Source: Antedon mediterranea (lineage: Eukaryota; Animalia; Echinodermata). From it: a DNA stretch of 64,000 nucleotides. The stretch is taken from assembly GCF_964355755.1 (NCBI RefSeq), contig NC_092673.1, positions 25,603,648-25,667,647 on the forward strand. Direction: 5' to 3'. The position numbers were made by a program, and so were the translations under genes. Below the pieces are notes generated by a model. That model worked only from the letters and a program-made list of their open reading frames with translations, was not told where the DNA came from and ran no database searches. The number at the start of each line of letters is the position of its first letter. Within the stretch, counting starts at the first letter, position 1. Shown in pieces: positions 40,801 through 51,983 of this stretch.

Positions 40801-43800
40801 TGCACCAACATAATGATAATTTTTCGAGGTATTTTTGTATGTAGAACCTAAGTATAGACATAATTGTACATAGAGAACACTAAAGGCCAATTTACACAGA
40901 CTAGTGGTAACAGTAAGCAGAAAACCGAGTAGGTTGTCCCACGTAGAATCTGTATTTATCCTGAGCAGAATATGCCCGTCTGCTCAGAGTTGAGTGTAAA
41001 TGGTCAAAAGGAATGATAGATTCTATAATTTTATTACCGTTACCGCTCGTCTGTGAAAATTTGCCTTTATGTGGAAAAATTACGTAGGAAAGAAACTTCT
41101 GATTTCACAACATGTATCTTTTACTTTACTCCTCCTGAACCCATTATTTGCATATGTTGTTTGAAGCTCCTGACAGCTATGATGAATTTGAAGAAATGGT
41201 TGAAGGACACACCACACCTGATATTGATACCATCATTCAGCGCATCAGAGCCACCAACCACCCTAGTCTTGGCGAGGGTAACAAGCAAAAACTGGAACAG
41301 CTTTTCGGTCATCTGCTGGTACACTTTTGTGAAGTTGCAAGCGAGGAGCAGCTTGATTTTATTCTCATAGATATTTTAACCAAGTAAGAACACTTACTTA
41401 TTATTTTATGAAACGTTGCACATACTACAGTCAACTATTACGATTTTTTGGAAATCCAAATTTAATAATTTCCTAAGGACCAAGAAATCCATAATTTATA
41501 TTCATTTTGAAAATCACACTTTCTGGAAACAAAATATTTTTACCTAGCACAAGGTGTTCGGTTATGAAATTTTTTTTCTTCAATATTTCACTTCAAAAGG
41601 AAACAATTGATAGTGCAGTGGCACAAAAAGAACAAAAAGTAAAGAAAATGATTAACAAGTTTCTGTAAATTGTAAAATTCTTTTTTTTTTGTCTAGACAT
41701 CTGTATGAACTTGCTCAAATGTCACCTGGTAACGCTGGTAGATGCGTTCATAGTCTTATTAAAAACAGGCAAGAACAATTTAAGACCACAACAGAGAGCA
41801 AGGGGCGGGTACCATACCCCCCATCAGATGTGGTGAGTACCTTCTGTTAAAAGTCATATAGTCTCTCTTAAAATCTTGTTATGTTTTTAAAAGAGAATTG
41901 TTCTTTGTACTGTTTTTTTATTTGTAATGTGTCTCGGCCGGCGAGCAACATAATTGTCTATGTATATCTTTATAACACACCTAGTAGATTCTTGTTGTTG
42001 GATTGTAGGATTGTGGAACACATGATATTCAATATAATATTCTATTGAAATCTTTCATCATCGAGTGTGCAATGTCGCTAGATGCGAGTACTGCAATTTC
42101 ATTTTGTGCATTAATTTTTGTTATGCAAGTTAACAACCACACTTGCGACAGGCTGTTAAATCAACCTGAAGTGTGCGCTGTCTAAAATGGTTGGTCCAAA
42201 AATTTATTGCTGCCTTATGTAATTGTTTAGGCCTTGTCTTTATCTCTTGTTTAAAGTAGATGTGGTATAAATCAAGGAATGAATGTTTTATATTTGTGCA
42301 ATGAAACCAATAATTTCATTCAGTGAAAGATGAAAATTTGTTCTTTTTTCTTCTATACTTCATGAAATTATTTGTACCATTGCGCTCATAAACATTCATT
42401 ATTTGTATAATATGATATTACTAAATGGAAATGAAATGTTGCCACTGATGAATAATATGTAATTGTATTTCAGCTGTTTTGTTTCAAGTTAATATCAGTA
42501 ATATTCCCCACATCGGATTTCAAGCATCCTGTTGTCACGCCAACACTTTTATTTATGGGTCACATTTTGTCAAGGTGTTCTGTTCGTGATTGTCATGATG
42601 TGGTTGTTGGATTATTTATGTGCAATTTGTTTTTACAGGTGAGAGTGTAAAAAAAAATTCTTTGAAATTGTTTATATCACTATATTTGTGATCATCTATA
42701 ATACAACCCCTGTTAAGAAAGAGGACCCAATAAAGTATCCCCTTAATAGTTGGATGTGTGTTAAGTTCTGTCTACACTATCAAACTAGTTTGACAAAAGT
42801 ATGGTAGTGATATGCTTAAATATGGTAGTAATATGGCATCATCACATATTTTTGTCACAGAAAGTTTGATAGTGTAGACAGAGCTTTAGAACATGTATTT
42901 GCCTCTTGTGTCCCATTAATGGGAGTGTCTTTTTACTCATCATCATCATCCGTTACGCTATTCGTCTTGGGTAGACATTGCGTACGCTAATCGTTTCCAT
43001 GACTCTCTTTGTACTGTATTTTATGAATTGTGTTTATTGCTTATGACTGGATAAATAAACTCGTGAGGTGGTTTCCCGAATGATCGTAAAATCAAAAACG
43101 GTACTGGGTATGACCAACTAGCGTTCTTGTCACCAACTAGTCATCCATTCATAGAAGTACTGATGTAGTAGCCTACCTGTACGGTGACCATAGAATGTTT
43201 ATTGCTTATGACTGGATAAATAAACTCTGAAAGAAAACCACTGCTAGACATGATACTGTGCACCAGTGTTCTGTCTACCCTTTTCTTGCCTTAGTACAAG
43301 TCACCAAACAATTGTTTTAACATTTTATTTCCTTTATTTTCGTAGTATGTTTCTCTGTCCAAGCGCTTTATTCCAGAAGTGATCAATTATTTAAATGGTA
43401 TTTTATTTCTTGCCAAAAAGAAAGATCCTACTAAAATATGCTGCAATGTGGTTCCACCATTTAAACCTGTCGGAAAATTCACTGACTTGCTTTTTATCGA
43501 TAAAAAGGCTAGTGGTAAAAGGTAAGTTTTTTATATATCACTTATATATATGTTAAATCAGTTAAAAATAAACCATTTTACATGTAACAATTGTCAAAAT
43601 AATTTAGCCAACATAATTTTGTCATTAATTGGAATATATAACAATTAAAGCAGCATTTGGAAGGAATTTTTATACAGTAGAGTACCTTCGGGATAAAAAA
43701 AAGTGTCCCCTAATCGAGGTATTTTTTTAGTAGGGATTGGTCATAGTGCCAAATATATTAATTGCCCCTTCTTTTAAATATGTATTGTCCCCCTGAAAAA

Positions 43801-46800
43801 AATTTTTTTTAACATTTTAGTTGAATATGCTATTTTAATGTCACACATAATAATAGTTATCCAAAAAACTGTAATTTAACGCAAAATATAGTCAGATGTG
43901 CAGCTGCCAATGTGTTTTGGTTGAATTTAACCATTTGTTTTTTCATTTTATAAGTGAAAACATTATTTTTCTTTTTTTTTTCTAAGGAAGTGATTAACTT
44001 TATTAAAACTGCAAAATGGCCTATTCAAAGTCTGACTTAATTAATCTTAAATTTTCATCTTTTTGGCGGACAATACATCCTTATTAGAGGTATCCACTCC
44101 TTTTATTTCAACCAAATCTTCGGCTGTAGTTTTAAGTTTTTATTTAAATTAATAAAATATGCAATTTTTATAACGCTATTATTGTATTGTTCCTGAAACC
44201 TAAAAAGTTACATTAATCTACAGTATACTGGTACTGGTACTGGTTCAAATAACCGTCTCACAGAGACATCTGGTAGCCATTGACTTGAAGTTGGCATTTG
44301 GATGTGTTACTTTTAAATGTAGGCCTACAGTATGAGAGTGACTACTACCAAATTACACAGTCACAAAACAACTTATAAAACAGTTCATATATACAGTTAA
44401 AACATTGCTGGGAATTATAAATTTCTGTTGAAGCAGGCTCTAATGAAGTTGCATCTAGTAAGTTGACTTTGTTGTACAACTCTATCAAGTACTGATGGTA
44501 TCTTCTGACCTCTTCGTTTACTTTGTGTTGTGTGAAAAGTAAGAATTTTTGTAGGATCTTCATTTTCTTTTCTAATTACATGTCCGATCCAGTTGAATTG
44601 TTGCTTGTAGACATATTCTTCTAGCGGTTGACAGCCAGTAATTTTGTAGAGATCGTCATTATCAATTACGTAACGCCAGTCTATATAGTTTTCATCTGTT
44701 TCTTCATCTGAGGATATGTCTACATCGTTTGGTGGGCAGACTCTTTGAAAGCCATTCACTAGCATTCTTCTTAGGAAGGTTTTGTATGTTGTGCTAAGTT
44801 TGGACATTTCACTTCCTGTTGCCCTCCAAGCATGGCAACCATAGGTGAGTCTACTCCTAACTAGACCATTAAGAAACATCATTCTTGTTTGTAGGTGAAT
44901 CGTTCTGTTGGTAAGCAATGCCCTATTCTCTGCAAATGCTCCTTTGGCTGAATTGATTCTGTATTTTACTTCTTGATCTCCAATATGAACATCATTGTAG
45001 GTAGCCCATACACCAAGGTATCTAAAGTGTGTTACGTTGTTAATGTGTACGCCGCCAATTTGTATGATGCATCTTGGGTATTCTTCAACTTCCTCTTTCC
45101 AGTTCCATATAATGGTTTCTGTTTTGGGGGCACTAATTCTTAGACCAAATTCCAGACAAACTTTATTCAAGATGTTCACAATGGTTTGCAGTTCTTCTTG
45201 TGACCAGGAGCTTACAGCAAAGTCGTCAGCATAGCCACTTTCAAAGTCGTCATAGATGCCCCTTGATGGTGCTTTACATCTTTGAGCACGATTTGTAGCT
45301 TCAATAGGAATTAGGTATTGTATCATTAGGCCATCCAAACTAGCATCTTTACAGCGTTGTTTGAACACTCTAATAACGTAATCAAAATATTGGTTAAACA
45401 TGCTGGTACTCTCAATACCACCCTGTCGCACCCCAGAAGATGTTTCGAACTTATCATCACTCGGATCGTCGTCAGCAAGGTATGCTTTCGTTGAGCTGTA
45501 CAGTGATTGTATAATGTCAATCATAGTAGTAGACTGGTTTAAGTGAAACCTATTACGAACGCTTAGGAAAAGAAGATTACGATTCACATGGTCGAATGCT
45601 GCTGTTAAATCAATGAAGCATGTATAGAGATTTGAGCGATACGCAATTTCCTGGATCTGCTTGATTACATATATAGCATCATTGCACCCTCTGTTGGACC
45701 TGAATCCAAACTGTGTGCGTAGAAGTTGACTTTCATAAAAGATGGAAAAACGTGAAAGAATGATAACCATAAGTATTTTTGAAAATGTAGACCCAATCGA
45801 TATTCCTCTATACATTGATGGATCAAGTGGACTGCCTTTTTTTTTCCAAATGGTTGTTAATTTGGACAGTCCCCAATCACTTGGTACTTCTTTCGTTCTC
45901 CAAATTTCCTCAAACAGTCTATGTACATGGTCGACGAATACTGGGTTCTCTGTGGCGACTTGCAACATTTCAGAAGCGACATCTAGGGTAGCTTTGCGAC
46001 CTTTTAGATGTCCGATTGCATCAATAATTTCTTTCTTGGACGGAGGTTCATTGTCTATCTCAAATTCTGGTTGTCTCAGGTTGATAATATATTCTGGAGG
46101 TGTGCTAATTTCATCTGGGATTTTAAGGCTAGATTGGTCTGGATTAAAGTGATCTTTAAAGTGTTCACGTAATCCAGGACATTTTATAGGCTTTGGTGCT
46201 TTTCTTATAACATCACCGTGCTCCTTAGCTTTTATCCATAAATCAAATATTTTTCTATTTTGGTGGGCTTCATTTAACTTGCTTGCTTCTTCATACAAAT
46301 ATTCATTCCGTAGTTCCTTCACCCTTATCTTAATTGCTTTCTGCATAGCCTTGATCTCCTCTTCTTTGTAGGTAACTGTGCTTTTGTTAATATTCTTTCT
46401 TTCTTTTATAAGCTGTTGTAGTCTTTCATCACCATCCCAGGGATGAGCATTTTGGTTTCTTGTTTTCTTCGGGACTTCTTCAACTGCCTTATTTAGCACT
46501 GTCATAAGTGTTGTATAGCGCTCAGTTGATGTAGTGGTTGTTGTCTTTTCAGGGGAAGTAATTTTATTAATTTCTTCTATCTTTGTTTTAACATTATTTC
46601 TTACTTCTCGATCTTTAATTTACTCATGTTGGCTCTCTTGCTCTGTTTTTTCTTTTTATGCTTCTTCCACCTGGCTGCTTTGTTGGCTGGTGTTGTCATA
46701 TTACTCACAAGGATTCTATGATCCGACGAAAGATAATAGTTGTTATAGACTCTTGTGTCAGTAACATACTTCCTCAACCAGTGATCACATATGTTGTAAT

Positions 46801-49800
46801 CTAGTATTTTCTTTGTAACACCATCGTTGCTATGCCAAGTGATCCGATGAACGTTTGGATGGTCAAACCAGGTGTTCAGTATGCATAGCTTGAAGTCAGA
46901 GCAGTAGTTGATGAGTCTTGTGCCATTGTCGTTACTAATGTCATCTGTGTCTTGAAATCTATGTAGGTTTCCATCAAAGAGTGATTTTCTGGTTGTTTTC
47001 TGGTTTATAGACAATTAAATTAGATAGATAGATACCAACTTTATTCACATCATCATACATAAATAGTACAATACAATAAAATATGTATGTGTGTGTGAAA
47101 AGGAGCCAAAAAATAGCTTTTGCTAATCAAGGTTTGACTCCTGTCACAAAAAATAAATTAGTCATAATGCATACATTTTCATCTATCAACAATAATTCAA
47201 TAAGAAAGAAACAGCAACTATATGAAAGAAATAACGTAAACAAGGGCTAACATTTATATTTTTGTAAAAGTAAACATTTAACTTCATTTATGAATTTAAA
47301 TCTAGAAGAGGTACATTTTATAACTAAGGGTAAATTATTCCAAAGTTGAGCTCCATTAAAAGAAATTCTAAATTTACCAGCATCTGTGCGAGCTTTCGGA
47401 ATTGCAAAATTATATCTATTACTAAATCTGGTACTAGCATTATGTGTAATTAAATAAAAGTATTCCATTGTTTGATGTGGTGTTTTGCCGTTAATTTGGT
47501 CATGAACAAACTAAACTATACTTAATTCGAACAACTTAAAAACGTCTAAAATACCCAGATCTTTAAATAATGGAGAAGATGGAGCCATAAAATTAATCAT
47601 ACATTTATAATATATTTTTGTCTTTCTCTTCCACCTAAAGATCACTAGAGCCCTTCCGCCTGTCTGATGTACTGTCTTGTGATCAACCTGATACACTAGA
47701 CACTAATACGTTTAAAGTCAGTGCTGTCGCTCTGTGTCTAGAGTTAATCCAAAGTTTTGCAGTTCTTTACGAACATCTGGAAAGTTACCGGGAAATATTT
47801 CAGACAATAAAAGAATCATGTTGTTCACAGGATATCCCATGGGATTTATATCCTATAGAAATTAAGGTACATTTATGTTTAATATCTGTTTTTGTATTAT
47901 TTATGGACATGAAGGCCAGAACATCATTAAATAGATAATGAAATGCAATTAATACTATCATTATGCCTAAAAAAAGTTATGTTATGTTGCCAAAGTCAGA
48001 CCATTCCTAATTCTATAAAGTCTAGGTCTGACTTTTTATAATTAAGCTTAAGTTTTTAATTGATGTAATTGTATGCGAAGTGAGTGAATTTTCTATAGCT
48101 TAATTTTTTTGCATAAGTACATAATTATTAATGTAAAATCTGATGGACCATGTTTTTCAATAGATGATGTGTTTTGGCAACATACACATTTGTTTAATAG
48201 GCATTTACTGAACATTGTTTTGTCATTTTGTATTGTTTACACGTTATTTATTTATTATATTATTATTATTATTATCAACATTATGATCAACTTCGTTTCA
48301 ACATCATCTCTTCATTATAATTTTAATTATTATATATTTGTAGGAGTTAAGAGACCAAGTGATCAATCAGCTCTCAAAACAAGATGGTCAATTAAGGCGA
48401 CCTTTGACCTCAGTAGAGAAAACTATTCCAATGTTGAAAATGTTTGAACCAAAGATTGATGAAAGGTTTGTGTATCAATGGTTGAAATCAAAATGTTATA
48501 GATTTTGGTAACCAGCCGCACTCTGTCTCCACAATGCTAATGTAGGCTTTTTCTCCAGTCATTCCATCTGATTTGAGAGTTGTTTGTTGTAATGGTTAAG
48601 GGATAGCATGTGAAGGACATGGGCTCCAGACCAGTCTGTAATATTAGTGCATCCTTTATACTCTCATTGCCTCATCCTTCAGATGGAATGTAAATACATT
48701 TAACATTGTGCATGTTAAAGATGTTTATACACTATTTTCACGACGTGCTGAGGATGGTGTGTACTGGGCCCTCTGGGAAAAAAACCTGGTATTGAATAAA
48801 TCACCCAGATATAAAAAAGAAATAGAAAAATTGTTTTCATATATTTTATTAATTAATGGCTTTATCAACATAATGTCCATGTCTATTAGAATACCTGACT
48901 CATAATTTTTGCAATTTGTTATTTTGTAGGTACGATCCAACTCGCAAATATAATGATTCTGATAATAAAGAAATGAATGAGAAAAAGAAACTGATGAACA
49001 AACACAAAAAGGAAATGAAATCTGCTATTAGGGAAGTCAGAAAAGATGCCCAGTTCCTCTCCCGTCAAAAACTCAAAGAACAGATGGAAAGGTGAGATTA
49101 TTTATAGATTTTCATTTTATTTATTCATTTCATCACTGTATTGCGGTTCCCACTAAAAGAGAAATTCTGCCGCAACAGAATGTGACCGACGCCATGTAAG
49201 AAAAAGTCTTCCATCAATATCACATCCTTATGAGAAGTTGTATCATTGCTGTAGCGATGTACGCAAATTAGAAAACGGTGTTAAATATATTTCTATAGCA
49301 CCTGTCGGTTCCTATGCAAGGTTGTATCCTCCCGTCATATTACGTTGATATGTTGGGTCTATGTGCTTAGGTTGTGTCCTAGGTGCCTGCCCTTCAATTT
49401 TCCTATAAATTAAGTGAACAGCAATTGACTTGAGTTAAATGAAATGCTTAGTATTTAAGGAAAATATTTCACTTTTGTGTGATTGATATGGCGACTTATA
49501 CTAGGACTAAAATTGAATATTTGAATGTAGTTTTAAAATGTCAATAAAACAGAAAAAAAGAAAGATAAATGGTGGCGGTTACTGTGAGATCATGACATTT
49601 TTCTTGTTTATTATTATTGTATTTTTTACGAGACATTTATTTCTAACTTTTTAGTTAGTTATTTGTTTTTTCATATTTTCTTTTATTTTATTATAAGTAC
49701 CCTAAAATTTATTTATTTATTTTAAATGTGTTTTATATGTTCAATATTATTTTTTAATGTTATATTACTTTCTTTGTTACAGAGATGCAGAACGAAAACA

Positions 49801-49879
49801 GAAGGTAAAAGAAATTTACCATATGCTGTCCAGTCAAGAAGGAGAGTTCAATGAAATGCAGAGAAAAAAAAACAAGTAA
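28860..49879 (+). CDS. NOP14: Nucleolar protein 14 (SSU processome), 19 coding exons, ~856 aa
   Basis: Exons 28860-29039, 33196-33330, 33891-34026, 36440-36501, 36727-36792, 37037-37132, 37821-37904, 38465-38625, 39292-39377, 39829-40037, 40421-40475, 41167-41383, 41697-41832, 42474-42638, 43346-43521, 47641-47866, 48344-48465, 48930-49091, 49783-49879. Phase-consistent, 2571 nt. Motifs NPFEIRINRQKH, FVDKRLGE, LTHYGQS, ATDRLKTPEE, ELPFTF, FPTSDFKHPVVTP, SKRFIPE, AIREVRKDAQFL. Confidence 0.96.
30400..31610 (+). pseudogene. Frameshifted C-terminal part of the Sola3-like transposase
   Basis: Fragments GVSHINNIEY..MKVW, a C2H2-like CREQGCIRSYQRYSSLEKHLDYENH, MGWALK and FLTAQQIASFFS, split across ORFs 30337, 30751 and 31143. 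Catalytic core not seen. Confidence 0.7.
32211..32397. mobile_element. Small MITE nested in the Sola3 element
   Basis: Inverted ends TGTTTTCCACTAGGCGAA / TTCACCTAGTGGAAAACA. Confidence 0.6.
34077..34388. mobile_element. MITE family B
   Basis: TTAA|ATATGTATTGTCCCCCTGAAAAAA start; interior matches the other family-B copies in reverse orientation relative to 8526. Confidence 0.7.
34512..36087 (+). mobile_element. Helentron-associated / DINE-1-like non-autonomous rolling-circle element
   Basis: 5' subTIR TAGGTGAT with a nearby inverted copy AAAATGATCACCTA, then a (TTC)n tract. 3' end has AAAATGATCACCTA, a hairpin AATTCGTCA-aag-TGACGAATT and CTAG followed by a T run. Confidence 0.75.
37179..37410. 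mobile_element. MITE family D (Harbinger-like, TAA TSD)
   Basis: TAA|AGCCTTGTCTCCACTATCAAAC...GTTTGATAGTTTAGACAGAGCT|TAA, with an internal duplication. Confidence 0.8.
38725..38866 (+). mobile_element. tRNA-derived SINE-like fragment
   Basis: A-box TGGCCGAGCGG at 38733. Body CTC.GATA.GGACT-like, resembling segments at ~5370 and ~62540. No cloverleaf. Confidence 0.5.
40884..41066. mobile_element. Harbinger-like MITE
   Basis: Imperfect ~33-bp TIRs AGGCCAATTTACACAGACTAGTGGTAACAGTAA / TTACCGTTACCGCTCGTCTGTGAAAATTTGCCT, with TWA flanks. Confidence 0.65.
42764..42885. mobile_element. MITE family D, short copy (TTA TSD)
   Basis: TTA|AGTTCTGTCTACACTATCAAACT...AGTTTGATAGTGTAGACAGAGCT|TTA. Confidence 0.85.
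43778..44080. mobile_element. MITE family B
   Basis: ATATGTATTGTCC / GGACAATACATCC ends. Confidence 0.8.
44227..47012 (-). mobile_element. 5'-truncated RTE-like non-LTR retrotransposon in NOP14 intron 15 (antisense)
   Basis: APE C-terminal part (NDNGTRL..LCILNTWF..TWHS..LDY..SDHR, 46601-47014) frameshifted from the RT ORF. 3' (ACCAGT)n tail at ~44227-44244. Confidence 0.88.
44415..46505 (-). CDS. Reverse transcriptase ORF of the RTE-like LINE (696 aa, N-terminally disrupted)
   Basis: YRGISI, QFGFRSNRGCNDAIY, FIDLTAAFDHVNR, GVRQG, YADD, FRYLG motifs. Confidence 0.85.
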   Translation of the reverse strand: MTVLNKAVEEVPKKTRNQNAHPWDGDERLQQLIKERKNINKSTVTYKEEEIKAMQKAIKIRVKELRNEYLYEEASKLNEAHQNRKIFDLWIKAKEHGDVIRKAPKPIKCPGLREHFKDHFNPDQSSLKIPDEISTPPEYIINLRQPEFEIDNEPPSKKEIIDAIGHLKGRKATLDVASEMLQVATENPVFVDHVHRLFEEIWRTKEVPSDWGLSKLTTIWKKKGSPLDPSMYRGISIGSTFSKILMVIILSRFSIFYESQLLRTQFGFRSNRGCNDAIYVIKQIQEIAYRSNLYTCFIDLTAAFDHVNRNLLFLSVRNRFHLNQSTTMIDIIQSLYSSTKAYLADDDPSDDKFETSSGVRQGGIESTSMFNQYFDYVIRVFKQRCKDASLDGLMIQYLIPIEATNRAQRCKAPSRGIYDDFESGYADDFAVSSWSQEELQTIVNILNKVCLEFGLRISAPKTETIIWNWKEEVEEYPRCIIQIGGVHINNVTHFRYLGVWATYNDVHIGDQEVKYRINSAKGAFAENRALLTNRTIHLQTRMMFLNGLVRSRLTYGCHAWRATGSEMSKLSTTYKTFLRRMLVNGFQRVCPPNDVDISSDEETDENYIDWRYVIDNDDLYKITGCQPLEEYVYKQQFNWIGHVIRKENEDPTKILTFHTTQSKRRGQKIPSVLDRVVQQSQLTRCNFIRACFNRNL
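47020..47592 (-). mobile_element. 3' fragment of a CR1-group (Crack/L2-like) LINE
   Basis: PSSPLFKDLGILDV..HNASTR..FRISFNGAQLWNNLP, homologous to the C-terminus of ORF 51984-54950. AATAAA followed by a (TATC)n tail at 47021-47034. Confidence 0.8.
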
Positions 49880-49931
49880 ACATTAATGGTAATTTATTTT
49901 TAGAAAGATTTAGGCAAAATTTGATTTTAAA

Positions 49932-49937
49932 AATAAA
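49932..49937 (+). promoter_or_regulatory. Candidate polyadenylation signal of NOP14
   Basis: AATAAA ~50 nt after the stop codon, with others downstream. The AT-rich context weakens this. Confidence 0.3.
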
Positions 49938-50078
49938 ACGCTTGTGTGTAGATATTTAATCTTTTAAACAAACACAAGTAATCACAATTCTTGGATGAAG
50001 AAGAGGAATAAAACAGCGTCCTATGAAGTGACCAGAAAACCACATTTTAGTGTTCTCCTGAAGAGCAGCAATATTTAA

Positions 50079-50635
50079 AGGCCAGGTGCAGGCAAAAAAT
50101 GTCTATTGATCATACATTCCAATAATTATCGATCTATAGTTGCCCCTATGTTTCATAATTTTTTAGATTTTATTTGTGTTACAAAAGCTTGTTGAAAATA
50201 AGCACTTTCTTATCAGTGGGGGGATAGTTCAAATTACACAGTAAAATCTCTATTCTTTTGTATACAAATGTTGTAAATAGAGAGGCATTTTAAAAAAACT
50301 ATAAAAAATAAACAGTGTGGTAAAAAATGTTATCAGATAACTAAATATAATTAATATGATAATTTTAAGTTTCTGGTATTTTTATTCAACTTTAGTTTTA
50401 TTTTCATGCTATAGCAAAATTATCCACCATCTATCCACCTTTTTTCACCTTCTAGGGTGTTACCAGACATTACCTAATTACTGAAAAAAAGTCTTTCTGG
50501 TTTTTATAGCAGAATTTTGTATTTGACCATTTTAAGAGAAATTCATATTTTTTTGTGCTGATTTCTATTACAAATATTTGATTTATGTACAATTAACCTA
50601 ATATTATATTTAAAATTCATGCCTGTACCTGAGCT
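50079..50635. mobile_element. Non-autonomous TTAA-target element (Kolobok-like)
   Basis: TTAA|AGGCCAGGTGCAGGCA...TGCCTGTACCTGAGCT|TTAA. Confidence 0.6.
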
Positions 50636-51983
50636 TTAAAGATTTACAGGAATAAATTTGTTTTTACCAAAATTTAAATTGTAAGAAAATATTTTAACTA
50701 CACTTGTTAAGTAGTAGGGTTATGCTAGGTCTAACATTTAAAAACATAAACAGGAAGAATCGAGCTGTATTTTGTTAATTGGATTGATAAAAATAAAAAT
50801 GTTATATTATTTAAAACTTTCATTTGTTATCCTTGTTCAATTAGTTTCGTTTTTTATTGTTTTTCATGTTTTGACCCAAATAAATCAAATCAATATACAG
50901 AATATTTGATTTTTTATATTTAGATTAGATAAATCTTTTTATAATTTGATACCTCACTTAATTTCTATATTGGATGAGATTTTGATGTTAGAGATATGCA
51001 AGCCATAAACCAGCTCTATAGTTATGCCATTTCCAACAGGTTGCTGGCTGTTCTGTCTTCACTGACCACTCGACATTTACTGAGCATATACAAGATATTA
51101 TAACACTGCTATACCATTTTTGTTCAATTAATAATTCATAATATTTGCAACACTAAAGTTAAAATTTAGCTGATGTCACAGCAATGTCAGGCTATGTTTA
51201 TTGTGTATGGCATAATTCAATTTACATATGTTCAGGCTTAAATTAGTTGCAGGTCACATGTATGTCTACCTATTTCTGAGTCTAAATTAGGCTGTTATCT
51301 AATAACTGTATGTTTATATAATTTGATAAAGTGAGGTTATTTTGAGTAATAATAACTGAATATTAAATCAGCAACTCCCATGCTTAATTTGATTATGTAG
51401 TTAATTAACATGTATGTACAATAATTATTATTATTGTATTATAGGTAGTACAATACTATTCATAGATGAATTTAAACGTTAAAGATAGAAAATAAAGGTG
51501 CCCTTTGATAGAACATGCTTCAGTTGTTCAGTTTTATAAATAACCTATTTCCACGTTGTAGTTCCATTGTTACCGTACGTACGTATAATTATATTACTCT
51601 CTCTCTCTCTTTATTCTCCTCTTTTTTTATATCAATTATATTAAGTGTTCTAATATATTGATAACTCTCGTACATCATTGCTAACAATAAGTGCGAAATG
51701 CCAAAGCAGCTATTATACCGCTTCTTGGGTAACTGTGCCTTTGATCTTTAGCTAGAAAATGAGCAACTTATTATTAATGATGATATATTCAATTCAATTT
51801 CATCGACATTTTTATTCCATAATCAAAATAAAAACATATACAAATACAATACAAATAATAAGATAATGGAATGGGATACAAAATAAGCACAAGTGCTTTA
51901 AGCATGTAACCCTAACAAAAAAATCAAACAATTAGTACAAACAAAAAGAACAAACCAAAATAACATAATGTGATTTACTTAAC

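Noticed and set aside
45742-46152. Plus-strand ORFs overlapping the LINEs (also 53308, 54099, 55855)
   Set aside because: Antisense to well-supported retrotransposon ORFs, with no recognisable motifs.
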